DNA from: Lama guanicoe
Taxonomy: Eukaryota
Assembly (NCBI GenBank): GCA_013239625.1
Contig: MU054212.1
Span: 7,476,270 to 7,540,269, forward strand
DNA: 64,000 nucleotides
Direction of reading: 5' to 3'
Below, piece after piece: positions 37,335 through 49,418 of this stretch. The position numbers and the translations under genes are program-made. Under the pieces are notes generated by a model, which had not been told where the DNA came from, did not search any database, and worked only from the letters and a program-made list of their open reading frames with translations. How positions within the stretch are numbered: the stretch's first letter is position 1; each line of letters begins with the position of its first letter.

Positions 37335-37492
37335 CCTCAGCGTGCGGGCTAGTGACAAAGAGCGTCAAAATCCCCCGAGATCTCGTGAGAAACCCTGACT
37401 CTCGGGCCTCATCCCAGACCTACGGGATCAGAACCTGCATTGTAACAAGGCTCTCAGACAATCCACGTGCATACGCAAATCCCAGAAGCCCA
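37335..37492. mobile_element. MER5-family MITE (MER5A1-like), heavily GC-shifted
   Basis: ctctcgggcctcatcccagacctacgggatcagaacctgcattgtaacaagg. Confidence 0.65.
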
Positions 37493-37634
37493 AACTCCTA
37501 GCTTCGGGAGCAGTCGCAGCGGACGCAAAGTCAGAAGGAAAAATCGGGCCGGACAGGTTACCAGGGCCCACGCGTAAGTCAAATTCAGCAGAGGAAGCCA
37601 GAGCGTGGGGACAGAGGGACACAGGAAATAAGGT

Positions 37635-37748
37635 ACATAATGGAATGACCACTGGCCTCACACAGTCTTGGGGTCAGCATGATTATTAATTGTGCCCTCT
37701 TTGACTCACCTGTGCTCTGGTTTGGGCAATCGATTCTATGATAACCCC
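37635..37748. mobile_element. MER94-like hAT-Blackjack MITE
   Basis: attattaattgtgccctctttgactcac..tgtgctctggtttgggcaatcgattctatgataaccc resembles the MER94 end (attattaatagcgccccctttcactctc...gtcccggtttggacgataaattatatggtcaccct). Confidence 0.55.
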
Positions 37749-37889
37749 ATATGTAATGCAACATGGTCAAAGTTAACTCACAGCCTGTCTGGTCTATTAC
37801 TTTCTCTTCTTAGAGTCCTTAAATCACTCTCTTTCTTATTATAAACACTGATACCTCCCTTCTGCCCTGATTATTTGAAGTAACGGATG

Positions 37890-38110
37890 CAAAAATACTC
37901 ACTGTTTAATTCATGCCTGCTATGTGCTATGAAAAACAATTAAATATCATGTGCTATATTTAATCCTGAAAGCAGGCCCGAGTAATTTGATGTCACAGGA
38001 GCATATTCTGGGATGCTGATTAAATAACTTCCTCAAGGTCCCACAGGTGCTAAGGCCTGATTCACACCCAAGACGTCTGACTCCATCACCCCTGGCCTTT
38101 CTCCCTACCA
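37890..38110 (-). mobile_element. MIR SINE
   Basis: atttaatcctgaaagcaggcc...ttaaataacttcctcaaggtcccacagg...attcacacccaagacgtctgactcc. Confidence 0.65.
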
Positions 38111-39168
38111 CATACCTCTCTAGGAAATGATCTCACGTCACCTAGTTCTCCTGGTGATGCTCCAGACACCAGCAATGAAGAGAAACCATCGCGGGCGTGA
38201 CTGTCTCTGAAGGCACAAAAACGCCTTCTGTTTAGAGGATACTGTCCTCTCCCTCTTTTCCTGGCAAAATGCTTCAGTGCTTTGCAGATATGAACTGAGC
38301 ATCATTTTCTGGACTAAACAAAACCAAGACCCAGATTTTTTTTTTACTCTATTTAAATATTTTTTTCCCCCAAAAAGAATACTCTTTTCTTACAGGCATC
38401 AAGGTAGTAAACAACCAACCTGTAACAGTAATGAATCTGTTATAGTAAATATAGTTAATGAATTAAATCAGGACCAAACGTCACATTTATTCAACATGCA
38501 GTCGCTTCAGCCATTATTTACAACTGTTATTAAGCAGTGCAAAATGTATTGTTAGTGAGTGATTTCATGCCTCAAAAAACAGATTATTTTCTCCTTTTTA
38601 TAATCAGGGTATCATCTTAAAGACAAGTTTGAGTAAAGTTCTAGTTTGCTCACATTTTCTGGCATGAAGGAAATGGAATCGTGAAAATTGTATTTATACT
38701 CCTAAGAACAAAAGCTTTAAATTTCAACTGCTACAAGCTTCATCTCAATATTACCTCTTTTTACAAATGATACATGCAAGAAGAGGGCATCCTAAGATGG
38801 TGTATGCCCAGGTTACGTATCCACAGGATCCTGAATTCCAACCCTCGTATTACTTGTGCTCAGTTTTCCTTTTAGGGGTAGGAAGAGGGGATGGGAAGCA
38901 GGAATATAATGGGGTGCAAGGCACACTGCTTGCCGCAGAGTAGTGGCTCCATAAGTCCTAAATACATTGCCTACAATTCAGGGTAGAAAACAGGGTGCTG
39001 ACTATGACTCCTATTTTAAATGGTTACGCTGGAGACAAAGGACAGGCTCGTTTACCGATGGTCCCTCACCCAGGAGCAGAACAGAAGGCGACTCAGTGCC
39101 CCCCCCCCCTTTTTTAATAGCTGAGTTATACTGATGGAAGGAAGGAAAGAAGGAAAGAAAGGAAGGAA

Positions 39169-39328
39169 GGGGGACGGGTAGAGCTCACGTGGTAGAGCAC
39201 ATGCTTAGCATGCATGAGGTCCTGGGCTCAATCCCCACTACCTCCTCCAAGAATAAATAAATACTAAATAAACCTAATTACTTCCCCTCACCAAAAAATA
39301 AATAAATGAAGTTTACTTATAAAAAAAA
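39169..39328 (+). mobile_element. Camelid tRNA-derived SINE (Vic-1 type) with 15-bp TSD
   Basis: The head gggggacgggtagagctcacgtggtagagcacatgcttagcatgcatgaggtcctgggctcaatcccc carries A/B boxes. The tail is aataaataaa...cctaattacttcccc...poly(A). The perfect TSD aaagaaaggaaggaa lies at 39154-39168 and 39329-39343. Confidence 0.9.
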
Positions 39329-39817
39329 AAAGAAAGGAAGGAATTATAATCTCAAAGAGAATATAATACTCTTTAAAAATCAGAATACTGGAATAGTTCT
39401 GTTTTTGTTAAGGATGATAAGATAATAATTGACAATTGAGTCAAGTTTCTCAGAGATATGAATTAGAGTAGGTGAAAAACAAATGAAAGATTAAGAGGAA
39501 CAATAGGGAGAGCAAGTCATGGCAGGGGAGGGGAGAGAGGAGAAGACAGATGAGCGGTGTGGAGGGGGCAGGAAGGGGAGACAAGAGAAGGCGGGGTAGA
39601 GACAGATAAAGGGGCAATCGATTCTATGATAACGGGGAGGGGAGGAGAGAGGAGGAAAGAGGTTGAGAAGGAGCAAGTATTTCAGTTTGAACGACATAAT
39701 CACTTAGGTAGGGTTATCTGATTAATATGCAGATCTCTCCCAGGACCCCAAGCACCGACAGAGGGGTGGGTCAAATTCCACTCTGTTTCATACAGCCCAG
39801 CTCCTGTGCCCAAGTAC

Positions 39818-40060
39818 GATGCTTTTCAAACTATCTGTAGTAAAGAATCAGGTCCTTTTATTTCCAGTCTCTCATGGACAAATGATGTATAAAAAAAAAA
39901 TTTAAAACCTAGAACCATCACATATAAAATACAAACGCATTTACTTGATATGAAATTCCACAGACATAAAATTGCTCTGTTCCAAATCAATTACTCGTCA
40001 CGGACCAGTAACAGTTTAAGGGCTGACACTGGTCCACTAACTGCTCCTCAAAGAGCCCGA
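39818..40060. mobile_element. hAT-Charlie family MITE fragment
   Basis: tcaaactatctgtagtaaagaatcag...catataaaatacaaac...acagacataaaattgctctgt...tcgtcacggaccagtaacagtt...actggtccac. Confidence 0.6.
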
Positions 40061-42022
40061 CCTGGTAGAGACTCATTAAATTTTTGTAAAATGTATAAAC
40101 AATACAGACATCTGAACATTAGCAGTTGAGGAATAAATTAGAGTTATATCACTTTTTTTTTTAATTTGCTCTATTTTTCTCATTTTATTACCACCACAAT
40201 TCTGGGAAGAAAACTGGGTGGTGGCTACGATCCCTGTTTTAAGTGGTTCCACTGGAGACAAAGGACTGGCTGGTTTACCAATGGTCCCTCACTGAGACGC
40301 AGAACAGAAGGGGGCTCAGTTCTCTTGACTCTCAGGCCACTGCCTTCTCCCACAGGCCTGAGCGGCTCCTTTTTTTTCCGCCATCACGTTGGACATGTGG
40401 CATTAATTAGCGAGCTGTAAGCACTTTCGCGTTCACTTTTGGCTAGCAGACTCCAGCGCATCTCTAATTTACACATTTCAGCGATGCCGACGTTTGCAGG
40501 CCAACATGTTAAGAGCTCGTCTTTAATTTGGCTTAGCCTGCCTTTCGGTATCTACACTGTCATGATGCGTATTTCACTGTCACTCCAGCACAGACCCTGC
40601 CACAAACAATCAGCGGCGCCCAAAAGATGTGTGGTCAGTCCCATCCCACTTTTCTCTGGTCTGCAACTGGGTAGGTCTTTTGTAGTAAGAGCTGGTATAA
40701 AGCAGCGAGTATAAAAACAATATGAAAACAACGACAACTTCAGCACATCACTGGCAAAATGTTCTTTCCAACCACTGACTCACAATAATGATAAAAATGA
40801 AAAGCAACAACATTCAACTCTTAGTGATCATTTTTTCCCGAAAGGGATATATCTATCTAGCACTTATCTATCTAGCTGGACAAGTACCTAAAAAACTGTT
40901 AAGAAAAATGATTCGTTAGGAGTACAGTGGGTTGGGAGTGGAAAATAGTGGGGCTCTTCCTTTTTCTTTGTAATTTTTGTACTTCTGGAAATTGTTCTCA
41001 TGAATATATATTTAAAGGAATACACCGTAATTTATTACTACTATATTGGTGATAGAAGAGATGCTGGTAAGTCTAAATGTGTTAATCATGAATATGTGTT
41101 AATCATGAATATGTATTTTAAGACAAATGTGTCATATTTTATTAATATCTTTTATTACTCTATCCATTGAACTTTGAAATAGAACAGCACGCAAGGCAGG
41201 TTCTCAGTCCTTCTAGGAGACAGATGAGGAAACGGCCGTGGAGGTATGGGGCTGAGATTCCAAGGGGAACATGCGCAAAGCTAAAGTCTGTACGTTTCCC
41301 ACCTCCCTATGTTGCCAGGCAGTAAAAAAAAAAAAATGAGTATCTTGTATCATTTAATGGAATCTCCTTGTATTTCTAACTTAGGTAACACAGAGTGGAT
41401 AAACAACAACAACAAAAAACATATTTGACACGGATCAGTGGCAGTGATACAACCAAGAGTTCCATCCCCAAATTGTTCATATAATTTTGGTCAGAAGTAT
41501 ATTTCATATTTTACCTACCCTACTGAATTCTCCCCCTGTTATTGTAAAATCAGTAAGAGATCCATTCAGTTTCTAAAAGCTTAGAGATGGGCGCAGAGAC
41601 CATGCTGAGTTGGCAAGGACCACACTGCAGATAATTTCATCTGATAACCAAAACTCTTCTAGGATGGAGAAAGCATAATGAAAAATATTTGCCAGATTAG
41701 AAATCGAATTTTCTATCACAGTTCCCCAAAAGCACAATTTGCTTCTAAGTGATAATTCCCCCCCAAACCTAAAGACTGAAAATATAATTAAAATTAGAGA
41801 ATGACTAACAATATTATGCTAGTCCCAGCACTGCTATTTCTCTTGACCAGTTGAAAACTATGATATAAATTTTAAGAGGGACTATCCACTAAGAAAACTA
41901 AGTCTTGGGGTCAAGGAGAAACAATGCTAAATTAACAAGTTCAAATCCTAAGTGCTAAAGAAACCTTAAGAGGAGATCTGGGGAACAATGTTGTGAGGAT
42001 TTGGAATAAAAAATGAACAGGA

Positions 42023-42660
42023 CTTACCATATGACCCAGGAATCCTGCTCCTGGGCATATATCCAGAAGGAACCCTACTTCAGGATGATACCTGCATCCC
42101 AATGTTCATAGCAGCACTATTTACAATAGCCAAGACATGGAGACAGCCTAAATGCCCATCAACGGATGGCTGGATAAAGAAGATATGATCTATTTATACA
42201 ATGGAATACTACTCAGCCATAAAAACTGACAACGTAACGCCATTTGCAGCAACATGGATGCTCCTGGAGAATGTCATTCTAAGTGAAGTAAGCCAGAAAG
42301 AGAAAGAAAAATACCATGAGACTGTTCATACATGGAATCTAAAAAAACAATACAAAACAAAAAAAACAAACAAAGCATAAATACAAAACAGAAACAGACT
42401 CATAGACATAAAATACAAACTTGTGGTTGCCAAGGGGGCAGAGGGTGGGAAGGGATAGACGGGACTTCAAAATTGTAGAATAGATAAACAATATTATACT
42501 GTATAGCACAGGGAAATGTACACAAGATCTTATGGTAGCTCACAGAGAAAAAAATGTGACAATGACTATATACATGTTCATGTATGACTGAAAAATTGTG
42601 CTGAACACTGGAATTTGACACAACATTGTAAAATGATTATAAATCAATAAAAAACGTTAA
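42023..42660 (+). mobile_element. Young camelid-type L1, 5'-truncated 3' end with perfect 15-bp TSD
   Basis: It contains the ORF2 C-terminus (LPYDPGILLLGIYP...PMFIAALFTIAKTW) and a 3' UTR ending aatcaataaaaaacgttaaaa. The TSD aaaaaatgaacagga lies at 42008-42022 and 42661-42675. Confidence 0.93.
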
Positions 42661-44049
42661 AAAAAATGAACAGGAGAAAAAAAATCACTCTTTTGAGCCT
42701 TTTACCCCCCCCCCCACTTCCCACTGTGAAGACTCACAAACATAGGAAAGAATGAAAGGCAAAGAAGACTCCAGATATTCTATTTGGCAGATGGTAGAGA
42801 AGCAAATGTCTCCTTCCTGAAATGGGTAATAGTCATCCCTTGGGAGCTTACTAGCTACAGTGAAAAAAAAAAATTATCACCTTTAAATTCCCTATGTGTT
42901 TAAAGCAGTTTCTAGAGAGAGGATATTCATGTGCAGCATTCTCTAATAAAGTCATAGTTTCTGGGATTTTTCTGAATTCCAAAACTGCTTTCCAACTGTT
43001 AAAAAAATCATTATATGTAATTTTTTGTTTTTCTTATTTTTTCAACTATGTGGGGTGACCATTACTAGACAAGGTTGGAAGATATTGACAGCATCCATCC
43101 AAGTTAATTTCTTATTCTCCTTTTAAAATCCACCTTAGGTTTATTCCACAAATCACTGTATTCTCTATAGTATAAAGAGGATTGCTGTTCACAGGGCTAA
43201 CTTTACAGCCCTAGAGTTAGCTTTTACTAAAAGGTATGAGGTATCAGAGATCTGCCATAGATAAAGTAATGGCCTTCAAAGAGTTTTCCGCTGCGTGAAG
43301 TTTGTTGTGTGATTTAAAGACACAGAAACAGGTGGTAGGATAAAATGATACATACACAGGCTTTCTGACCCACAGACTCCTTTGAAGACCTGATTAGAAG
43401 CTCTGCCCTTTCCTTTTTCCGGCTCTGATTTTCTTACTCTTCTCTACAATCCATTCAAAGAAACCAATGAATAAAGTCAACACAGAGGAAGAGGCAAGTT
43501 CCCTCGCCACAAATGGTGCCCTCAGTTTTACAAATGAAAACTCTCAAGACCTCCCTCTCACCAAGCCCCATTCCCTCCGTAAGCAACAAGAAAATTGTGC
43601 CAGAAAACATGATTATATTTTCTAAAGTTTAGAGGGATATCTCCGTTTCATATTCCAGCTCGTATGAACCCCAAAGGATTCACATGGAAGATCAAATGTT
43701 GGAAAAGCTGTCCGTGGATCTTTAACAAAAAATCTCCCAAACTTTCAAGCAAAGTGACAGGACATGTAGTGTTTCTGTGATCCTGAGTGACTATTATCAT
43801 TTATTAACACCTAATGTGGTATAAGCGTCTTTACATTAGTTACTGCCTTTAACTCCCCCAAATAATCCCAAGAAATAGTTATTATACACAATTGGACCAG
43901 ACTGTGCCCAACAGTCTGCTTACTTACAACACAGGGCTTCTGTGTACATAGAAACTGAAGGCAAGACAATAAAAGTAATTGTTTCCTTATCATTAGCTTT
44001 CCACAGAGGATCCAAAAATGAGTTTCTACAATGCCTCATTTAAGAAATG

Positions 44050-44240
44050 AGAATGTGAGACCAAGAGTGAGCTGGAATAGTCCTCTGCTATTCGTTACAG
44101 GACTTAAGAAATATTCCTTGACCTTTCTAAGCTAAAGTTTCCTCATTCATAAAACTGGGACATGACAGTAATTTTAAGTGTCTGGCTGTATCGTGATAAT
44201 TAAATGAGCTCATGGGTGCATTGTGTAAGGATAAAAGAAT
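44050..44240 (+). mobile_element. MIR SINE
   Basis: ttgacctttctaagctaaagtttcctcattcataaaactgggacatgacagta...tgataattaaatgag. Confidence 0.7.
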
Positions 44241-47200
44241 GAATTTTCTTTAAGGAGAGAAGCCAACTGTTTCCATGCCATCCCCTCCTTAGGGCATCTT
44301 CTTGAAGACACACAGGTGTGAGAAGAGGATCAACCTTTAGATTTTTCAGTGCAAGTCTGGGACTTCTGACGCTTCCACCTGTAAACGCACACCTCCAGAA
44401 CTAGCCCAGGACTTTCTCTCACAAGACAAACAGGACATAATACAGATGCACCCATTCAAATAGATCTTTACCTTTCAAATAGATAAAGAAGTTGGAATTG
44501 TTTTTTATTCTGCTTTACCATATACATATGTGTGAAATTCTGTCCCGGCTCTGCAGTCACCTTCATGGCACCTTACACCCTTACTCTATAACAAACCGTG
44601 TTTTCTCTCTTTCTTCTATATAGGAATAGAGGGCTCTTTGGGGGCACAGGATTGTTTTTATTTCCCCAAGAATTATAAAGTGTAAAGTACCAAAACTGTT
44701 CATGGTTGAGATTGTTATTATAATTATTACAACTATTATTATTTCAGAACAACAGTAACAGAAAATTCAGCCAGTGGTCCAGATAAAAAAAAACAATACA
44801 AAATACTTCTGTCCCTAGGCTAATGCGGTAAGTCTGACAGAGGTGATTTTCTCAAAAAGTTCAGCGGAATATATACTTTTTCCCCCTTTGTACTGAATTT
44901 ATTTTTATCATATACTAATGCCAAGAGCAGAATATAAAAGTTTTGCAGTTAAAAATTACTAAATTTTAGAGTTGTCAGAAATGAAAGTTCAACTTCTTTT
45001 TGATCACACTAAAAAGTGGTACTTCAAAAGGAAAATACATGTCACATTCTCACATACTCTAATTGCTATATACACATATTAAAGAGGAGGCAAAATACAG
45101 AGAGTAGTGAAATAAACGCCAAGATGCTATGAAATTTCATGCAATAATGTGACCTCTTAAAATAAACTACATTATGAGTAGATTATCTACTCTAACTAAA
45201 TACAGCGTTTGTTTTTCAGGCTCAAATATCAAACAAGATGTTTAAAATCAAACTCCTAGCTGCCTCCATTACCACCACCAGTCTTCTCACAAACCCCCTC
45301 TTCCTACTGACTTCCCTACGTCTAGTAATGGTGCCCATGGGTTCCCGGTTTGAAGGTTCTTTAATGCTACCCAGTCATTGGCCAAGTCTACCCTCTGCTT
45401 GTCTTAGCACGCTGCTCACCACAAGATATTGTTTTTCAATCTTTCAGCCATTCCCACCAGACTGTTTTTAGGAATGCCTGAACTTTAGCATTTTGCTCTG
45501 TCATTCGTACCATCTGTCTTGTTGCCTGTCACTTGGCAGAGGTCAGATAAACCTTGGTTGTATAAATTAACACATGACATTCCATAGACTAGATGTCTAG
45601 AGCGTCTTCCTCATCTCTTCCCTACTTGTCATTCTCAGGCCTTCTCTGCTAGCTTAGGCTCTCAAACCTATTCCCTTCTCCTAACTACTGCCCACACCGT
45701 TTATCCACCCTGCTCCTCATTTGTAGGATACGTCTTCACAGAGTACAGCTCCTATTTTTCACTCCTGGTTCATAAACGCTCATTGGCCTCCATCTGCCCT
45801 CAAGAGTATATATCATCAAAAGCACAAAGCCCAGGCTGACCTTCTGGCCTTTCTACAACCTAATTTCCACAACTGCCCCAGCCATCTTCCCCATTCAACA
45901 TGCTACCCACTTGCTTCCAGGCCACCCTAAGAAATCATAAATTTAGCATCTAATGTATATGTCCTGAGACATATTACATAAAACTTAGAGGATATGGAGA
46001 GAAGCTTTTTACATCAGCATAAATCCCAAAATTAAAAAAAAAAGGAACTGTTGCTCTATTACAGTTCTCTCAAGAGGCCTTTCACCCAACAATGTGTCCT
46101 AGACTCTAATCTTACATAAATAGTCAAATGGAATCTTAATTTGATTTTTAAAAGCAAATATGAAAAGCGTTTATATCACGGTATTCCCCTTTGTGCTGAA
46201 GATTTTTATTTTCAATACCTATTATAATACACATATCAATCATCAACCATACTGGTTGCTTTTGGAAGTTACCCTCAGTTTACACAACAACTGACCATCA
46301 TGAAATCGTGCATTAATGTCTCCTGGGTGGGTTTGTTTGTTGATTTCTCCAGTAGACACTTATCTTGGCATTTCCCTGTGCCGTTGTTTCCTCTTTTTCT
46401 TTTCTGTGTTCTGGTTTCCATGCAAAAGCTCAGAGCATTTCCAGATCATCTTCCAACCCTACAGCAAAGTTGGAAAGACTCTGATGTCCTAAAGACTTTT
46501 ATCTTTAAACTGACTTCTGGACTTTCCAGATGACATGCCAAACCTCTGAGACCTGTTCAAAAATGGAACAACTTGCTCTTTTAAAACTTCCTGAAGCAAT
46601 GCCTATCAAGGGACAATTAAGCTTGGGAGGGTGACATGTTCCCTCTCCAAGCAAGACCTTGACAGAGTGGGAGGAGCCCAAACCAAACTTGTCTCAGAGA
46701 TGTTACAAATCTGAGTCTTCAACGCACAGCATTGGGCTCCAGTTCAGTCACTACTGTATTTCCTAATAATAATAAGGTAACGGAATTATAATTAAGAAGA
46801 CAGGTAATGGAAAAAAAATCTAAGTGATACAAGTTTTCGTTGCTTTTTCTTTACACTGGTTTAAGAACATCTCTCAAAAACATTGGTTAAGGTAGTGAAT
46901 GAACTAAATCCTTGACTTTAATGACTTTCCAATTATTATTCAGCTATATATTTGTACACTTTATTCTGTTACCTCAGTAAATGGTGCCCATTTTTTCTTA
47001 GCCACCCTTTTTCTTTCCCAGTTCTGTTCTATTCATTCTGAGCTTAGCATCATATAGTAGACCTGAAGTTTCTCTCTTTTTAATGTAAGGTTCATTGGTG
47101 TCTTCAGTTTTGCTCAAAGTCTATGAAGAAGGCTAAGTTACTCTAGTTTGTTTTCTGCAGGGGTGAGGTTGGGGGCTGGGGAGAAACAGATTTGCTTTTC

Positions 47201-49372
47201 CTCTTAGTGATTTTTAAGAATCCTACCCTCAACTATAGATTGAAATCACTGAAAAGAGATTGTTGGAATAATCTGCAATCATTTGCTCAAAGGGCTCCTG
47301 ACTTCCTGCTTTGTCTCCATTTTCTTATTAGCACCAGGCTCCTGCATAGTTACAGCTCGCATGCTATTAAGCCAAGTATGACCCTTACAGTTTTGTGTGT
47401 ATTTCCTGACAAATGAAGAGAATAATTTTATGCCATCTTTTAATACGATTGTTCCTCTAAATCTAACACGTGTGGTCTATCATAGCAGTAAGTTTAAGAG
47501 AAAAAGGTGCCCTGCTTTTTCACACCAACACCCAAATCTCTTTCATTCTGATAAAGCAGCACATTTCAAATGGCAATTCAATATTTTTACGATAATGGCT
47601 CTATTTAGCATAGACTGTGATGTTAGTTGTAGTGTGGTAATACGTTAGTAGCCTAGGATTTCGTACACAGGAAACACAACTCAGTTTCTAGATACACGCT
47701 ATCCATATAGGGTCAGAATCAAACGACTGAAAAACATGATGAATGCTGCATGAGACAATTTTTACCCTGAATACTTTAAATAAAAACATACATACTTCGA
47801 GGGTAACACACACTGATAGTCAAAACCACACAGTTTACATATTAGTAATATAGTATGTAAAATCTACATATTCCTAAAAATTTTTTTTTAAATTTCTGGA
47901 TGTGGATTAAAGTGTACTTTGAATTAAGTTTTCGAAAGACTAGACATCTCCACAATAGCTATCAATATCAAACATTTAAATCCATAACAAGGTTTCCCAG
48001 CTCTTCAGCTAAAAGCCACACAATCCTTAGTAATTGCATTAAAAAATGTTCAAATAGAAACCAACGGGGGGGGGGGACTAAACAAACCCACACAGACAGC
48101 CCCCCACAACAAAATCCATTTGAATCAAGCGACAGAAAATCTTGAAAGCTTTACACATTGCATATGCTTTATGCTGAGAAGCCGAAGTAACACCACCAAA
48201 TCAGAGGAGCTAAATACATTAATTTTCCCCAAAGAATCCCTTTTTATAATTTTATAACTACCTTAAAAGAACTCTACTACTTGTATGCTTCTTAAAAGAT
48301 TTTTTAAAAATACATGCATAATTGAAAAAGAACACTTGCAACCCTAAAATGAAATCTCACCACTTTTGATGTTGAAGAAACACACCTGCTTAGACATATA
48401 GACTTGTTTCATGAGTTTTTTTTCTTTCTATAAAATTTGAAATTTAAATGCACAAAAATCGAGGGTAAATAAATTAAGTGCTCAAAGCATATAACACATT
48501 TTTGTTTTTGCTTATCTAATTTTGACACGCTCCCAGGATTTTAGATGGGCGTTTCAAAAGTATCTAAAATTTTCCCTCAAGTTCCTGAGGTGGTCAACCC
48601 TTTAAATACCACCTAAACTAGGAAAACATTGGCAGTCTCAGAGTCTCCTGCTGTCATTCCACTGCTGCACGGGACGGTCTTCAACAAGACTTAGACAAAC
48701 CTCATTCATCAATATTCTACTCTGGAGGAGCTGACACTTACTGTGAATTCTGCTCTTCAACTTAAATATCAGTGTCTGTGGCAGGCCAATTCTACCATGG
48801 CAGAGACAGCATCCCTCAGGCGAGGTCCAACCTTTCTCTCCAAGTGCACCCAGGGATTAGTCTGACTTCCCCTAAATTCTCTCCTCTGCACAGTAAGAGC
48901 TAATCTTTCCTGTATGAAGCAGGAGATGGTGTTGCTATGACAACAGAGCACATTCTAGCAGTGGGACTACGGAGATGAGCCTTCAAAGACCCAGGGAAAC
49001 ATGCACTCAATTTTCCTCCAGGGCTATGGGCTCCTTCCTTCAGGATTTAATCCCCCAACAAGTTTACTGACAGACTGGGTTGTTGATTATCTATGCATTT
49101 TGCTACGGGGAGATCACTAGTTAAGAACATGGCTGGAAGATCACAGGAATCTTTACTAAAAGTGCCATTCTCAGTTATACTAAATTTCCCATTTTAAATG
49201 CTCTGCATAGCTGTTTTAAAACACTACCCTCTCTTAAATTTAAAGCATTCTTCTTACTCTAAGTTTTTCTGAAATGATATTAATGTGTTAAGAACGGCAT
49301 TATCAAGGGGAAAGCTTTATCTTTTTTTCCCTCGTTTGTATATCATCGCCATTGTATCAACTTGAAGGTTAG

Positions 49373-49418
49373 ATACACACACAGAGATTTACACACACAC
49401 ACCACACACACACACACA
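49373..49418. repeat. Interrupted (CA)n microsatellite
   Basis: acacacacag...acacacacacaccacacacacacacacatc. Confidence 0.85.

Noticed and set aside
39169..39245. tRNA gene
   Set aside because: The tRNA-like head continues into a SINE tail and poly(A) and is bracketed by a TSD, so it is a SINE.
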